Shown piece by piece: positions 16,830-25,587 of a DNA stretch of 38,060 nucleotides (position 1 is the stretch's first letter; every line of letters begins with the position of its first letter). Both the position numbers and the translations under genes were made by a program. The notes beneath the pieces were generated by a model. It had not been told where the DNA came from and did not search any database. It saw only the letters and a program-made list of their open reading frames with translations. Source of the DNA: an uncultured Planctomycetia bacterium (lineage in GTDB: Bacteria > Omnitrophota > Gorgyraeia > 2-02-FULL-51-18); NCBI GenBank assembly GCA_964492015.1, contig CAZBIH010000001.1, forward strand, positions 1 through 38,060. The letters run 5' to 3'.

Positions 16830-17514
16830 AAAATTCCTTTTTTAATTGATACAAAAATGTTTCGGCGACCCAAAGATCTTCGATGGTATCGATATCCACC
16901 GAATGCGCGCGATCCATGATATACGCGAATGATCTTTTTGAAAACCAGGATCCGTTCTTAAGAAGGTACTTCCAGCCGGCGATATAGATCGCGCCGTTCA
17001 GGGTATAAAACTTTTTATTTTCGGCCGGCCGAGGATTCTTTAAAAAATCTTTGAGGCTGAGAGAAGCGGGCAAATGATTGGTCCAATGCGGCGGATGAGA
17101 GGCCTGGGTCACGCTCACGACCGCGCTGGATTTTTTTTGGTTGAAAATTTGCAGCGCTTGAGCGATATGCCCTGAATTGCGCAACGGCGAAGTAGGCTGA
17201 AGAAACGCTACCGCGTCAAACTTCTCCCCCCGCCCGTCGTAACGGGCCATGAAATGCCGTAAAGCATCCATGGAAGTGGCTTTGTCGCCCGCAAGCCGCG
17301 CGGGCCTCAAAAAAAGTACTTCCGCGCCGTATTTTTTTGCGGCTGCAGCGATCTTCGGGCTATCGGTGTCCACCGCCACACGGGCAATTCCAGGGCATTG
17401 GAGCGCGGCCTGGATGCTCCATGCCAACAGAGGTTTCCCGCCAAGCTTCATGAGATTTTTATACGGAAGCCTTTTGGAGCCACCGCGCGCCGGGATAACG
17501 GCCAAGACCTTCAC
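16819..17514 (-). CDS. neuA: CMP-nonulosonate synthetase (acylneuraminate cytidylyltransferase family; LegF/NeuA-like)
   Basis: The N-terminal AVIPARGGSKRLPYKNL, FLQPTSPLR and the C-terminal VDIDTIEDL are the family signature. GTG start at 17514 in a GTGA overlap. Confidence 0.85.
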   Translation of the reverse strand: MKVLAVIPARGGSKRLPYKNLMKLGGKPLLAWSIQAALQCPGIARVAVDTDSPKIAAAAKKYGAEVLFLRPARLAGDKATSMDALRHFMARYDGRGEKFDAVAFLQPTSPLRNSGHIAQALQIFNQKKSSAVVSVTQASHPPHWTNHLPASLSLKDFLKNPRPAENKKFYTLNGAIYIAGWKYLLKNGSWFSKRSFAYIMDRAHSVDIDTIEDLWVAETFLYQLKKEFYGN

Positions 17515-18560
17515 CGAAACACCGATGCGAACTCGCCATTGGCACGCTCCAGGTCGTCCATACGGCCGATGTCGATCCAGTACTCGCGGATCGGGAACGC
17601 CGAGATCTTCATTTTTTTGGCCATCAGTTTCTCAAGGAACGCGGGCATGTCGGTGTGTTTTTTTTTCTTTAAAAATTTTAGGGCTTGGGGCTCCAGCACG
17701 TAAATACCCGCGTTTACAAAAAAACGGTGTACCGGCTTCTCATCAATGCTTCGCACCATATTCTTTTGGGTGGAAACCACACCGTACGGGACTTGAAAAT
17801 CATACTCACGGATACACATCGTACCCGCCGCATTCTGCTCGCGATGAAAGTCCAAGAGCTGCCGGAAATTGACCTTGGTCAGAAGATCGCCGTTCATCAC
17901 CAGGACAGGTTCCGGGGGGCTTGAAGGCAAAAGAGACAACGCTCCCGCGGTACCCAATTTTGTATTTTCATGCAAATAGTGAATACGGATCCCCCAGGCC
18001 GAACCATCCTTGAAATGGTCGCGGATCATCTTATCCTGATAGTTGACCGAGAGATAAAAGTTGCGGAACCCGTGCTCGATAAAGTTTTCTAAGATCGTTT
18101 CCAGGATGGGCTTCTCCCCTACCTTCAGAAGCGGCTTTGGGCAATCTTGGGTCAGCGGACGCAGGCGTGTCCCCAGCCCGCCCGCCATCAGCACCACCCA
18201 ATTCTCCCGGACTTTCAAGCGATGAAGATCGTCCAAAAGCTCCAGTCCCGCGACCCGCCCCTTGGAGTCTAAAAGCGGGATCTGTCGTATTAATTTCTGC
18301 TCCATGATCTTCTCAAGCTCGGACCTCTTTTCTCCCAGAGGAGCCGTGACAGGTTTTTTTTGCATCACGCGCGTGACGACGTGATCCAGGCCGATGCCCT
18401 TGAGAAGCCCCCGCCGGACATCGCCGTCAGTCACCGTACCCAACAAACGCTGTTTTTCATCCACGACCAGCGCGATGTGGCAATCGCCGCGATCGATCGT
18501 TTCGATAACTTGGCGAATGCGGGTCTGGGAGCCGAGGAGTGTTTTTTGCCAGTCCTTCAT
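17511..18560 (-). CDS. CBS-pair + NTP-transferase fusion (PtmE-like sugar-1-phosphate nucleotidylyltransferase)
   Basis: The N-terminal region has two CBS-like repeats (HIALVVDEKQRLLGTVTDGDVRR, IPLLDSKGRVAGLE). These are followed by VLMAGGLGTRLRPLT and the LVMNGD nucleotidyltransferase motifs. The ATG at 18560 is in an ATGA overlap. The 29 extra ORF-track codons overlap the upstream gene. Confidence 0.85.
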   Translation of the reverse strand: MKDWQKTLLGSQTRIRQVIETIDRGDCHIALVVDEKQRLLGTVTDGDVRRGLLKGIGLDHVVTRVMQKKPVTAPLGEKRSELEKIMEQKLIRQIPLLDSKGRVAGLELLDDLHRLKVRENWVVLMAGGLGTRLRPLTQDCPKPLLKVGEKPILETILENFIEHGFRNFYLSVNYQDKMIRDHFKDGSAWGIRIHYLHENTKLGTAGALSLLPSSPPEPVLVMNGDLLTKVNFRQLLDFHREQNAAGTMCIREYDFQVPYGVVSTQKNMVRSIDEKPVHRFFVNAGIYVLEPQALKFLKKKKHTDMPAFLEKLMAKKMKISAFPIREYWIDIGRMDDLERANGEFASVFR

Positions 18561-19153
18561 GAGGCCACCGGCCTTTTTACCAAAGTATTGGCGGGAATTA
18601 AAAGATGACGGCCCACAGTGACTCCTTGAATGATCACTGCGCCACAACCTACATGCGAGCCCTCACTAATCTTGACGCCGCCGCAGAGAATGGCTCCGGG
18701 GGCAATGTGGACATGGTCTCCGATCCGGCAATCATGATCCACTGACGCGCGCGTATTAATAATGCAATTGTTCCCTAAATGAGTTCCTGCTTGGACCACC
18801 GCGCCTGCCATCACCTGAACGCCTTCGCCCCTTTGAACATCCCGGGCGAGGATCGCTGAAGGATGGATGACTGCGGAAAAAGAATAGCCAGCCGCTTTAA
18901 ACCGTTCGAATATTTGTTTGCGAATCTTGGGGTTTCCGACAGACCCGACTCCGTTCACAAGAAAAGCTTTTTGAGGCAATTTTTTATCCAAAAGGATCTT
19001 GTCTGTACCGAGATAGGGGATCCACCGGCCGGCAACTCGCATCTCTTTTTGTTTGGGATCCACAAACCCCAGAATTTTATTTTCTTGAAGAATCAGGGAG
19101 TCCGCCAACACCCGCGCGTGCCCGCCGCCGCCCACCAGGATCACCGAGTTCAT
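18557..19153 (-). CDS. neuD: NeuD/PglD-family hexapeptide N-acetyltransferase (LegH-like)
   Basis: N-terminal Rossmann-like VILVGGGGHARVL and a C-terminal LbH domain (IGDHVHIAPGAILCGGVKISEGSHVGCGAVIIQGV). The ATG at 19153 is in an ATGA overlap. Confidence 0.8.
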   Translation of the reverse strand: MNSVILVGGGGHARVLADSLILQENKILGFVDPKQKEMRVAGRWIPYLGTDKILLDKKLPQKAFLVNGVGSVGNPKIRKQIFERFKAAGYSFSAVIHPSAILARDVQRGEGVQVMAGAVVQAGTHLGNNCIINTRASVDHDCRIGDHVHIAPGAILCGGVKISEGSHVGCGAVIIQGVTVGRHLLIPANTLVKRPVAS

Positions 19154-20247
19154 GAGGCTATCCTCTCTCCGGCCGCGTAATTTTTCCTCGCCGCTTTGCC
19201 TAAAAGATCCCAATACCGCACCGGCGAAATTCCAGGGCCGGATCTTTTGGCCGCGAGGTCGCCCTCGCTGAATAATTCGCCCGCCCGGATCCGGCGCGCC
19301 GCGACGAGACTCTTCCGAGCGATGGGCCTGTTTTTTTGTTCCGAGGGCGTGACTTTCTTCTGAGCCGAGCCCAGCGCGCGCTCCACGAGGCGGACCGCCT
19401 GGACCATCTGTTTGAATTCAGCCGGTTCCAAAGAAACCCGGTGATCCGGCCCCTCCATGCTGCGATCCAACGTTAAGTGTTTTTCGATGACTTCCGCGCC
19501 GCGTGCGGCCGCCGCGATAGAGACAACAAACCCCGGTGTGTGATCCGACAATCCTACCGCAACACGAAACTCGTCTTTCAAACTATCCATCGCCCGCAAA
19601 TGGACCTCGTCATACGGCGCCGGGTATTCAGTCGTGCATTGAAGCAGGGTGACTTTTTTTTGAATGAGGGCTTGGCCGCGGCGGGACTTGAACGCTTTTT
19701 GAAAAGCTACCCTGGAAGGTTTTTGGGAAACAGCTCGTGTGTAGCCGAACGCCAAAACCCCTAAAGCTTCCCGGATCTCTTCGAGTGTCGACATCCCTGT
19801 GGAAAGAATGACCGGCAACCCTGAGGATGCCAATTCCAGAAGCAGGGGCGCGTTCGTGATCTCGCCTGAGGGAACCTTTAATCTCCGGACCCCTATTTTT
19901 TGGATGAGCATGCGGGCGCTCTCTTCGTCAAAAGGGCTGGATAAAAAATCCAAGCGAAGCTGTTTCGCATAGGTCTTCAATTTTAAATGCGCCGCCTCGT
20001 CCAGCTCCAGAGCTTTCAGCATCTGCAACTGAGAACCTTTCCGCCCGGTCGTTTTCTTTTGATAGAACGCTTTTTTCGCCTCGGCTGTGGCAAGAGCATC
20101 GGCACGAAACGCTTGAAATTTGACCGCGTCAGCGCCCGCGTCGGCCGCGGCCCGCACTAGTTTTTTCGCGAGAACGAAGACGCCGTTGTGATTGACCCCG
20201 GCCTCGGCGATGATATAAACACGCTTGGCGTTTACGGGAACTTTCAT
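19150..20247 (-). CDS. neuB: NeuB-family nonulosonate synthase with C-terminal SAF domain (context: legionaminic acid synthase, LegI-like)
   Basis: Motifs YIIAEAGVNHNG, ADAVKFQ, LSSPFD and GLSDHT, plus the SAF-like tail ARRIRAGELFSEGDLAAKR. ATGA overlap at its start. Confidence 0.9.
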   Translation of the reverse strand: MKVPVNAKRVYIIAEAGVNHNGVFVLAKKLVRAAADAGADAVKFQAFRADALATAEAKKAFYQKKTTGRKGSQLQMLKALELDEAAHLKLKTYAKQLRLDFLSSPFDEESARMLIQKIGVRRLKVPSGEITNAPLLLELASSGLPVILSTGMSTLEEIREALGVLAFGYTRAVSQKPSRVAFQKAFKSRRGQALIQKKVTLLQCTTEYPAPYDEVHLRAMDSLKDEFRVAVGLSDHTPGFVVSIAAAARGAEVIEKHLTLDRSMEGPDHRVSLEPAEFKQMVQAVRLVERALGSAQKKVTPSEQKNRPIARKSLVAARRIRAGELFSEGDLAAKRSGPGISPVRYWDLLGKAARKNYAAGERIAS

Positions 20248-21419
20248 CGCGCGCCCTTCATATCATAAAATCTTTTCATCAAAACACCTTCCAGCGGAAC
20301 AGTTTTAAGCTTTTGCTTGATCTTGAAAGAGTTTCTCCCCCCGGCGCCATAAATGGAACGCATTCCGCTTAAGGAACGTCTGAATTTCCCGGAGAGAGCT
20401 TTTTGGATCGCGCGCACGATCGCCGGCTTGTTTTCGGCGCAGTCAATGACACTTGGATCTTTCAGACGTCCACGCTGCCGGTCCCCCAGATTTACTGTAG
20501 GAACTTTAAACGCCGGGGCTTCGAAGATCCCGCTGGAGGAATTTCCCACGACAACATCCGCCTGTTTCATCAAACTCAAATATTTTTTCTGTCCCAGAGA
20601 AACAAATCCATGCACCCGCCCACGATTCTGCAAAACATAAGCATCGATGCGGCGGTTGACTTGGAGGCCTCCGGTATCCGCGTTGGATTTGGTCATAATC
20701 ACTGTAGCTTCTTTGAAATGATCCAGCGCCACAAAAAGTGCAGACAAAGCTTTTTTCGGGCCTTTTTTATCCAGCGTCACCGGGTGATACGTCACCAGAA
20801 AAACCGGCCGGCGGCCAAGATCGACACCCAACTCTTTTTCCAGCTGTGAAGCCGAAAGAAAATTCATCCGTTTCACCTGGTCCAGGCCTGGCGCGCCAAA
20901 ATTAAAAACCCGGGAAAGCTCTTCCCCCATCTGGATCACGCGGCGGCGGTAAACTTCGGCCGATACAAAATGAAACTGTGCCATTTTAGTGATCGCATGG
21001 CGTATCGCTTCGTCGATAACCCCTTCGCTCGATTCCCCTCCGTGAATATGCGCGATCGGAATGCGTGCTAGCATTGCGGCCTGCGCAGCAGCGAGCATTT
21101 CATAACGGTCGCCGAGGACCACCACGATATCGGGATTTAAATTTTTGAAAACTTTCGCGAAGCCCGCGATGCCTTTTGCCAGGGCACTTGCAATGTCTTC
21201 CGGCGAATCCTTGGCAACCAAGATCGAGACCTTGGCGGACAAACGAAAATTATCCGCTTCAATGGCTTTGTAAGTCAGTCCATGACGTACCGATAGGTGC
21301 GCTCCCGTCGCGACGATCTGCAGTTTCAACGCCCTGTCTTCCCGGATCGCGCGCAAAAACCAATACAGGAGCCCGTAGTCCGCCCGCGAACCCGTGATGA
21401 CGCAGATCTTTCTTATCAT
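20244..21419 (-). CDS. neuC: Hydrolysing NDP-N-acetylhexosamine 2-epimerase (NeuC/LegG-like)
   Basis: Motifs ICVITGSRADYGLL, VVVLGDRYE, IAHIHGGE and GNSSSGI. The ATG at 21419 is in an ATGA overlap. The 25 extra ORF-track codons overlap the upstream gene. Confidence 0.9.
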   Translation of the reverse strand: MIRKICVITGSRADYGLLYWFLRAIREDRALKLQIVATGAHLSVRHGLTYKAIEADNFRLSAKVSILVAKDSPEDIASALAKGIAGFAKVFKNLNPDIVVVLGDRYEMLAAAQAAMLARIPIAHIHGGESSEGVIDEAIRHAITKMAQFHFVSAEVYRRRVIQMGEELSRVFNFGAPGLDQVKRMNFLSASQLEKELGVDLGRRPVFLVTYHPVTLDKKGPKKALSALFVALDHFKEATVIMTKSNADTGGLQVNRRIDAYVLQNRGRVHGFVSLGQKKYLSLMKQADVVVGNSSSGIFEAPAFKVPTVNLGDRQRGRLKDPSVIDCAENKPAIVRAIQKALSGKFRRSLSGMRSIYGAGGRNSFKIKQKLKTVPLEGVLMKRFYDMKGAR

Positions 21420-22585
21420 AAAAAAGAACTCGACGGGATATTGATCAACCGCGCCTCGAGGCTCTCCGCTGTCGACACGTCCATGCGCGGGCATGCGCCG
21501 TACATGGGAAGCTTGTGCATCAGCACCCAGGCGGGCCGGGCCATAAAACCTTTTTGGTTCAACGCAGAAAGAATTTCATTTCTTTGGGAGGAGTTCTCCG
21601 GGTTTAGCAGAAACGCATTGAGCCAATAGTTGCTTTTGGCGAACGGGGGTTCTTCAAAAAAATACAGCCCCTGAAGTTTTAAAAAATTTTCCCGGTAGCG
21701 TGCGGCCAAAGCCCTTTTTTTCTCGAGAAAAACAGGCAGCTGCTCCAGTTGAGCGCAGCCCAAGGCCGCGTTGATGTTCGGGAGCCGGTAATTGTAGCCC
21801 AGCTCATCATGATAAAAATTCCACGCGTGAGGGGCCTTGGCGGTAGTCGTCCGGTGTTTGATTCGTTGAGCGTCCGTGGCATCCCGGCACAGCACCGCTC
21901 CGCCGCCGCCCGCCGTCACAATTTTATTTCCGTTGAAACTGAGTATGCCAAACCGGCCCGTCGTACCCGTATGACGTCCTTTATAGAAGCTTCCCAGAGA
22001 TTCCGCGGCGTCTTCGATCAAAATTAGATGAAATTCTTCACAGACCCTCTGCAGAGCGTCCAAGTCCACTGGATGGCCAAACGTGTGCACCGCCACCAAC
22101 GCTTTTATTTTCGCGCCGGTGCGCCGGTTAAATAAAGCGCCGCTCTTAATTTTGGAGCTCTCCTGCAAATGTTTTTTCAGTTTCACCGGATCCACGCCCA
22201 ATGTTTTTTCATCCGAATCCACCAGGTGCGGAAGCGCGCCGCAATACGCCACCGCGTTGGCTGTAGCCACAAAGGTGAGGTCCGGCACCAGGACTTCGTC
22301 CCCGGCTTCAACGCCCGCCGCCCTCAGCGCGATATGCAAAGCCGATGTGCCATTGACGCACGCGACCGCGTGGGCCGAGCCGGTGTAGGCCGCTATCTCG
22401 GACTCAAAACGGTCCACAAATTTGCCCGCCGAGGAGACCCAGCCGGTGTCCAGGCATTCTTTGACGTATTCCCATTCATGCCCGGTGAAACTCGGCTCAT
22501 GCAAAAGCGCCTTGCGCGATAGTGTTTTGTCTAAAACATCGCAAACCTGCAGGGCTAACGGCGCCGGCGTAGTTTTGGCCATCAT
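21416..22585 (-). CDS. DegT-family PLP-dependent aminotransferase (LegC/PglE-like)
   Basis: Motifs VACVNGTSALHIAL, LIEDAAESLG and ILSFNGNKIVTAGGGG (Lys). ATGA overlap at both ends. Confidence 0.9.
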   Translation of the reverse strand: MMAKTTPAPLALQVCDVLDKTLSRKALLHEPSFTGHEWEYVKECLDTGWVSSAGKFVDRFESEIAAYTGSAHAVACVNGTSALHIALRAAGVEAGDEVLVPDLTFVATANAVAYCGALPHLVDSDEKTLGVDPVKLKKHLQESSKIKSGALFNRRTGAKIKALVAVHTFGHPVDLDALQRVCEEFHLILIEDAAESLGSFYKGRHTGTTGRFGILSFNGNKIVTAGGGGAVLCRDATDAQRIKHRTTTAKAPHAWNFYHDELGYNYRLPNINAALGCAQLEQLPVFLEKKRALAARYRENFLKLQGLYFFEEPPFAKSNYWLNAFLLNPENSSQRNEILSALNQKGFMARPAWVLMHKLPMYGACPRMDVSTAESLEARLINIPSSSFL

Positions 22586-23583
22586 ACGGCGTACGCGTCC
22601 CGCGGATACCGGGCCAAATTATCCGGCTCTGAAAACCAGCGGATAGTTTCCTCCAGGCCCTTTTCGAAACCTTTTTTTCCTCCGTAGAGCGGCGACCATC
22701 CCAGCATTTTTTTGGCCTTTGTGTTGGAGGCCCAGAGCCTTTCCACTTCACTTTTTTTGGGCCGTTTCCTCGCCGCTGTTTCCTCGATGCGGATTTTAAC
22801 GCCTAAAATTTTGGCAATCAAAAGCGCCGTATCTTTGACCGAAATTTCAAAACCACTGCCGATATTAATCACTTCTCCCGCGCCACGGGATGAGGTGAGC
22901 GCTTTTTCAAACGCGCTGACAGTATCCGTCACAAAATTAAAATCACGGGTCGGATGCACGCTTCCCAGTTGAATCGCCCTCTTGCCCGACAGGATCTGAG
23001 TAATAATGGCGGGGATTACCGCTCGGGCCGACTGACGGGGGCCGTACGTGTTAAAGGGCCGCAAAATAGTCACCGGCATTCCGAAGGAAGAATAGAAGGA
23101 AAAGGCCAGCTGGTCCGCGCCGATCTTGGTGGCGGAATATGGCGATTGACCGGCCAACGGATGATCTTCAGTGATCGGCACAAATTGAGCCGTGCCGTAA
23201 ACTTCGCTGGTAGAGGTATGAATGATCTTTTTCACGGAAAGTTCGCGGGCGGCCTGCAGAATATTCAGCGTTCCGCGGACATTGGTATCCACGTACATAT
23301 CCGGCGAATGATAAGAATAAGGGATCCCGATGAGGGCCGCCAGATGCAGGACTGCGTCACAGCCGCGCATCGCTTTTTTTACACCGTGAGGATCGCGGAT
23401 GTCGCCGAAGAAAATATCCGCTTTTTTTTGAACGGCTTCGGGAAGAGTGTCCAGCCATCCGGCGGAACTGAAAGAATTGTACAAAACAAAAGCACGGACA
23501 TCGTAGCCGCGGCCGATCAGGTATTCCGTTAGATGAGAGCCAATAAAGCCCTCGGCCCCCGTGATCAGGATTTTTTTATTCAA
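22582..23583 (-). CDS. Short-chain NAD-dependent nucleotide-sugar 4,6-dehydratase (LegB-like)
   Basis: Motifs ILITGAEGFIGSHL, TSTSEVYG, SPYSATKIGAD (YxxxK) and RPFNTYGPRQSARAVIP. The GxxGxxG motif begins at residue 8, so the TTG at 23583 is the only available start. It overlaps the HTH gene stop by 8 nt (TTGAATAA). Confidence 0.85.
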   Translation of the reverse strand: MNKKILITGAEGFIGSHLTEYLIGRGYDVRAFVLYNSFSSAGWLDTLPEAVQKKADIFFGDIRDPHGVKKAMRGCDAVLHLAALIGIPYSYHSPDMYVDTNVRGTLNILQAARELSVKKIIHTSTSEVYGTAQFVPITEDHPLAGQSPYSATKIGADQLAFSFYSSFGMPVTILRPFNTYGPRQSARAVIPAIITQILSGKRAIQLGSVHPTRDFNFVTDTVSAFEKALTSSRGAGEVINIGSGFEISVKDTALLIAKILGVKIRIEETAARKRPKKSEVERLWASNTKAKKMLGWSPLYGGKKGFEKGLEETIRWFSEPDNLARYPRDAYAV

Positions 23584-23812
23584 GGTCTTTGTGCGCCCAA
23601 TTTCTGGCTTTGTTATACGCCTTGCCTACTTTATCCTCAATTTGAGGTGAGAGGATCCGTAAAAGCTCCTTGCCCATGATGCGGTACTGCTTTCCCACCT
23701 TCGCCGCGTGGATCAGCTTCTTTTTGATCATGCGTGTAATCGTACTGGAGCTAAGCTTTAAAAGAGCTTGAGTCTCCTCGTGGGTATAAACCTCGTTTTC
23801 TCTGATTTCCAT
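23576..23812 (-). CDS. Small helix-turn-helix DNA-binding protein (excisionase/MerR-like HTH_17 type)
   Basis: VYTHEETQALLKLSSSTITRMIKKKLIHAAKVGKQYRIMGKELL matches the YTxxEaAxxLgVSxxTixrxxxxGxLxaxKxGxxxRI pattern. The ORF-track ATG at 23830 abuts the predicted -10 box, so I prefer the ATG at 23812 (MEIRENEVY), which is preceded by AAAGGA. Confidence 0.7.
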   Translation of the reverse strand: MEIRENEVYTHEETQALLKLSSSTITRMIKKKLIHAAKVGKQYRIMGKELLRILSPQIEDKVGKAYNKARNWAHKDLE

Positions 23813-23830
23813 GGGGATTCCTTTCCCCAT

Positions 23831-23860
23831 ACTATATCAATGGTAGTCATTAGATGTCAA
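23831..23860 (-). promoter_or_regulatory. Sigma70-type promoter candidate with extended -10: TTGACA - 18 nt - (TGa)TATAGT
   Basis: The minus strand reads TTGACA (23860-23855) ... TGATATAGT (23839-23831). It lies in the 74-nt gap upstream of the HTH-leg block. A 15-bp palindrome at 23858-23872 overlaps the -35 box. Confidence 0.5.
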
Positions 23861-23904
23861 TAGATACTATTGGGTGGTACCGCGGCTCGTTTTTGGGCGA
23901 AGGG

Positions 23905-25587
23905 TTACCGCGTCATTTCGTAGATCTCCAGATAGGGGCCCGGTAATTTTCGTGAGAAAAGCTCCTGCGACAAAAAAGGCAAGCCGACATGGGCATAGGG
24001 ATCCTCCGAGAACACCTTTTCACGGGCGTAATAAGGGGAGAATCTCCCGATTAAACGAGCGTGGGCGCTCAAAATAGGGCCCAGATCATCGCTTTCTCCC
24101 GGAGATCGATAACGGATCACGAATTTCACTCCCGCCCTCAAAAAATCCTCTAGAGAAGTCTCGATCCAGGGCGACCAGGTCAAAAAGGAGGGGTCCCCCA
24201 CATCTTTGCCGCGAAGGTAAAAAACTTGGAATTGTTTTTCGCTCTTGGCGGTTTCTCTCAAATAGGCCAGTTTTTTTTCTTTGGTAGCACGCTGTGGATC
24301 TTCGGGCCTCAAGCGGCTCCGCTTTTGCTCCCACTGCTCGTCGGTCTGCGCAAGCCGGGGAGAAAAAAAGGGATGATTGACGGCGATCGCACTGCCTTCG
24401 GGTAAATTCTCCGCGATCCAGGCTCTTGCCAAAGACCGCGTATCCGGACGCGTCGCTAACCAATCCAAATACATCGACTTCGCCAGAGGCTCAACCAGGA
24501 ATAAAATGACAAGAATAGTAAAGGCTGTCCGTTGAAATTTCCTGGAAATAAGTCTGTCGACAGATTCGCTCAAAATATACGCGGAGAAACAGCACAAAAA
24601 AGGCGCTATCGGCATCACGTAGCGCTCAAAAGGCTGGCTGAAGCACAGCGTCATAAGGTACCAAAGGACGGGGAAAACAGCAAAAAATCGAAGCTCGGGC
24701 CTCTTTTTAAAAATAAGAACAAGGCCCAAAATACCCGAGCAGACAATGAGAACACCCTGGCCGCCGAAAAGAGAATAGGTCAGATGATGAAAAAGCGGCG
24801 GCCTGCCCCCCGCCTGCGCCTGAGCGTGGATCTCTTTCCAGAAAAAATTCCAATCCAAAAAAGAGTAGGGGTTCAGCAGAAAATAAGCCGCCGCCGAAAC
24901 GAGGGCAGTCTGGAAGAGGAGCTTTGGTTTCCGCCACAACAGCAGAGCGATAGGGAAAACAACGGGTGCCGCGATGTACTTGAAAGCAACGGCGACTCCG
25001 GCCCAAAACCCGGCCTGAAGAGCCTGGGTTCGATCTCCTCCCCGCTGATACTCGGCCAAGGCCAAAAACACCAGCAGGATCGCCAGGATCATGGGGATGT
25101 CGACATAAATGTAGTGTGAGTCCCTCACATGAAAAAAACTGACCGTGAAAAAAAGAGCCGCTGTAAGAGCGATTTTTTCTGAAAAATATTTTTGAGCGAA
25201 CCGGTACAGGACAAAAACAGAGGCTGTCCCCAAGACAGCCCCAAATAGGAAGCGCCCCGAAAGATAAAAAAGGCTCGGGTCGCGAAAAAAAAGCGCGGCA
25301 AATCGCTGGGTATCCCACCCCATAAAAAAATGAACAGATCCGTACAAGGGGATGTAACTGGCGAATAGCAGGTAGGACAGAAGCGGCGGTATTTTAAAAA
25401 AATGAGGGTTGAGATCCCCCGACGAATACGCCAACGCATGATTGACTACGATCGGCTCGTCTTGATGAGACAACCACGGCAGACCAAAATGAAGCCCGAT
25501 CACGCGCAGTAAAAAAGCGGCTAATAGGATCAGCGGGAATGCGGCCCCCCGCCTCATGGCGTGTTTCTCAGGCTCGGCATTTTTCAT
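23905..25587 (-). CDS. GT-C-fold membrane glycosyltransferase, PMT/ArnT-like (GT39/GT83-type) with a C-terminal soluble domain
   Basis: The first loop carries LSHQDEPIVVNHA (DE motif), followed by FKIPPLLSYLL, more than 10 TM segments, and a hydrophilic tail of about 170 aa. The ATG at 25587 is preceded by GGGAGG-8 nt. The track start at 25680 overlaps the upstream gene by 113 nt. Confidence 0.75.
   Translation of the reverse strand: MKNAEPEKHAMRRGAAFPLILLAAFLLRVIGLHFGLPWLSHQDEPIVVNHALAYSSGDLNPHFFKIPPLLSYLLFASYIPLYGSVHFFMGWDTQRFAALFFRDPSLFYLSGRFLFGAVLGTASVFVLYRFAQKYFSEKIALTAALFFTVSFFHVRDSHYIYVDIPMILAILLVFLALAEYQRGGDRTQALQAGFWAGVAVAFKYIAAPVVFPIALLLWRKPKLLFQTALVSAAAYFLLNPYSFLDWNFFWKEIHAQAQAGGRPPLFHHLTYSLFGGQGVLIVCSGILGLVLIFKKRPELRFFAVFPVLWYLMTLCFSQPFERYVMPIAPFLCCFSAYILSESVDRLISRKFQRTAFTILVILFLVEPLAKSMYLDWLATRPDTRSLARAWIAENLPEGSAIAVNHPFFSPRLAQTDEQWEQKRSRLRPEDPQRATKEKKLAYLRETAKSEKQFQVFYLRGKDVGDPSFLTWSPWIETSLEDFLRAGVKFVIRYRSPGESDDLGPILSAHARLIGRFSPYYAREKVFSEDPYAHVGLPFLSQELFSRKLPGPYLEIYEMTR

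Noticed and set aside
23576-23830. Excisionase-family HTH as evidence for a prophage or integrative element
   Set aside because: The window has no integrase, recombinase, transposase, att-like direct repeats or phage genes. The gene is translationally coupled to the dehydratase gene, which points to a regulatory role.
23875-23915. Possible terminator between the GT39-like gene and the HTH promoter
   Set aside because: Only a 5-bp CGCGG/CCGCG stem with a loop of about 24 nt can be drawn, and there is no U-tract on the minus strand. This is not a convincing intrinsic terminator.
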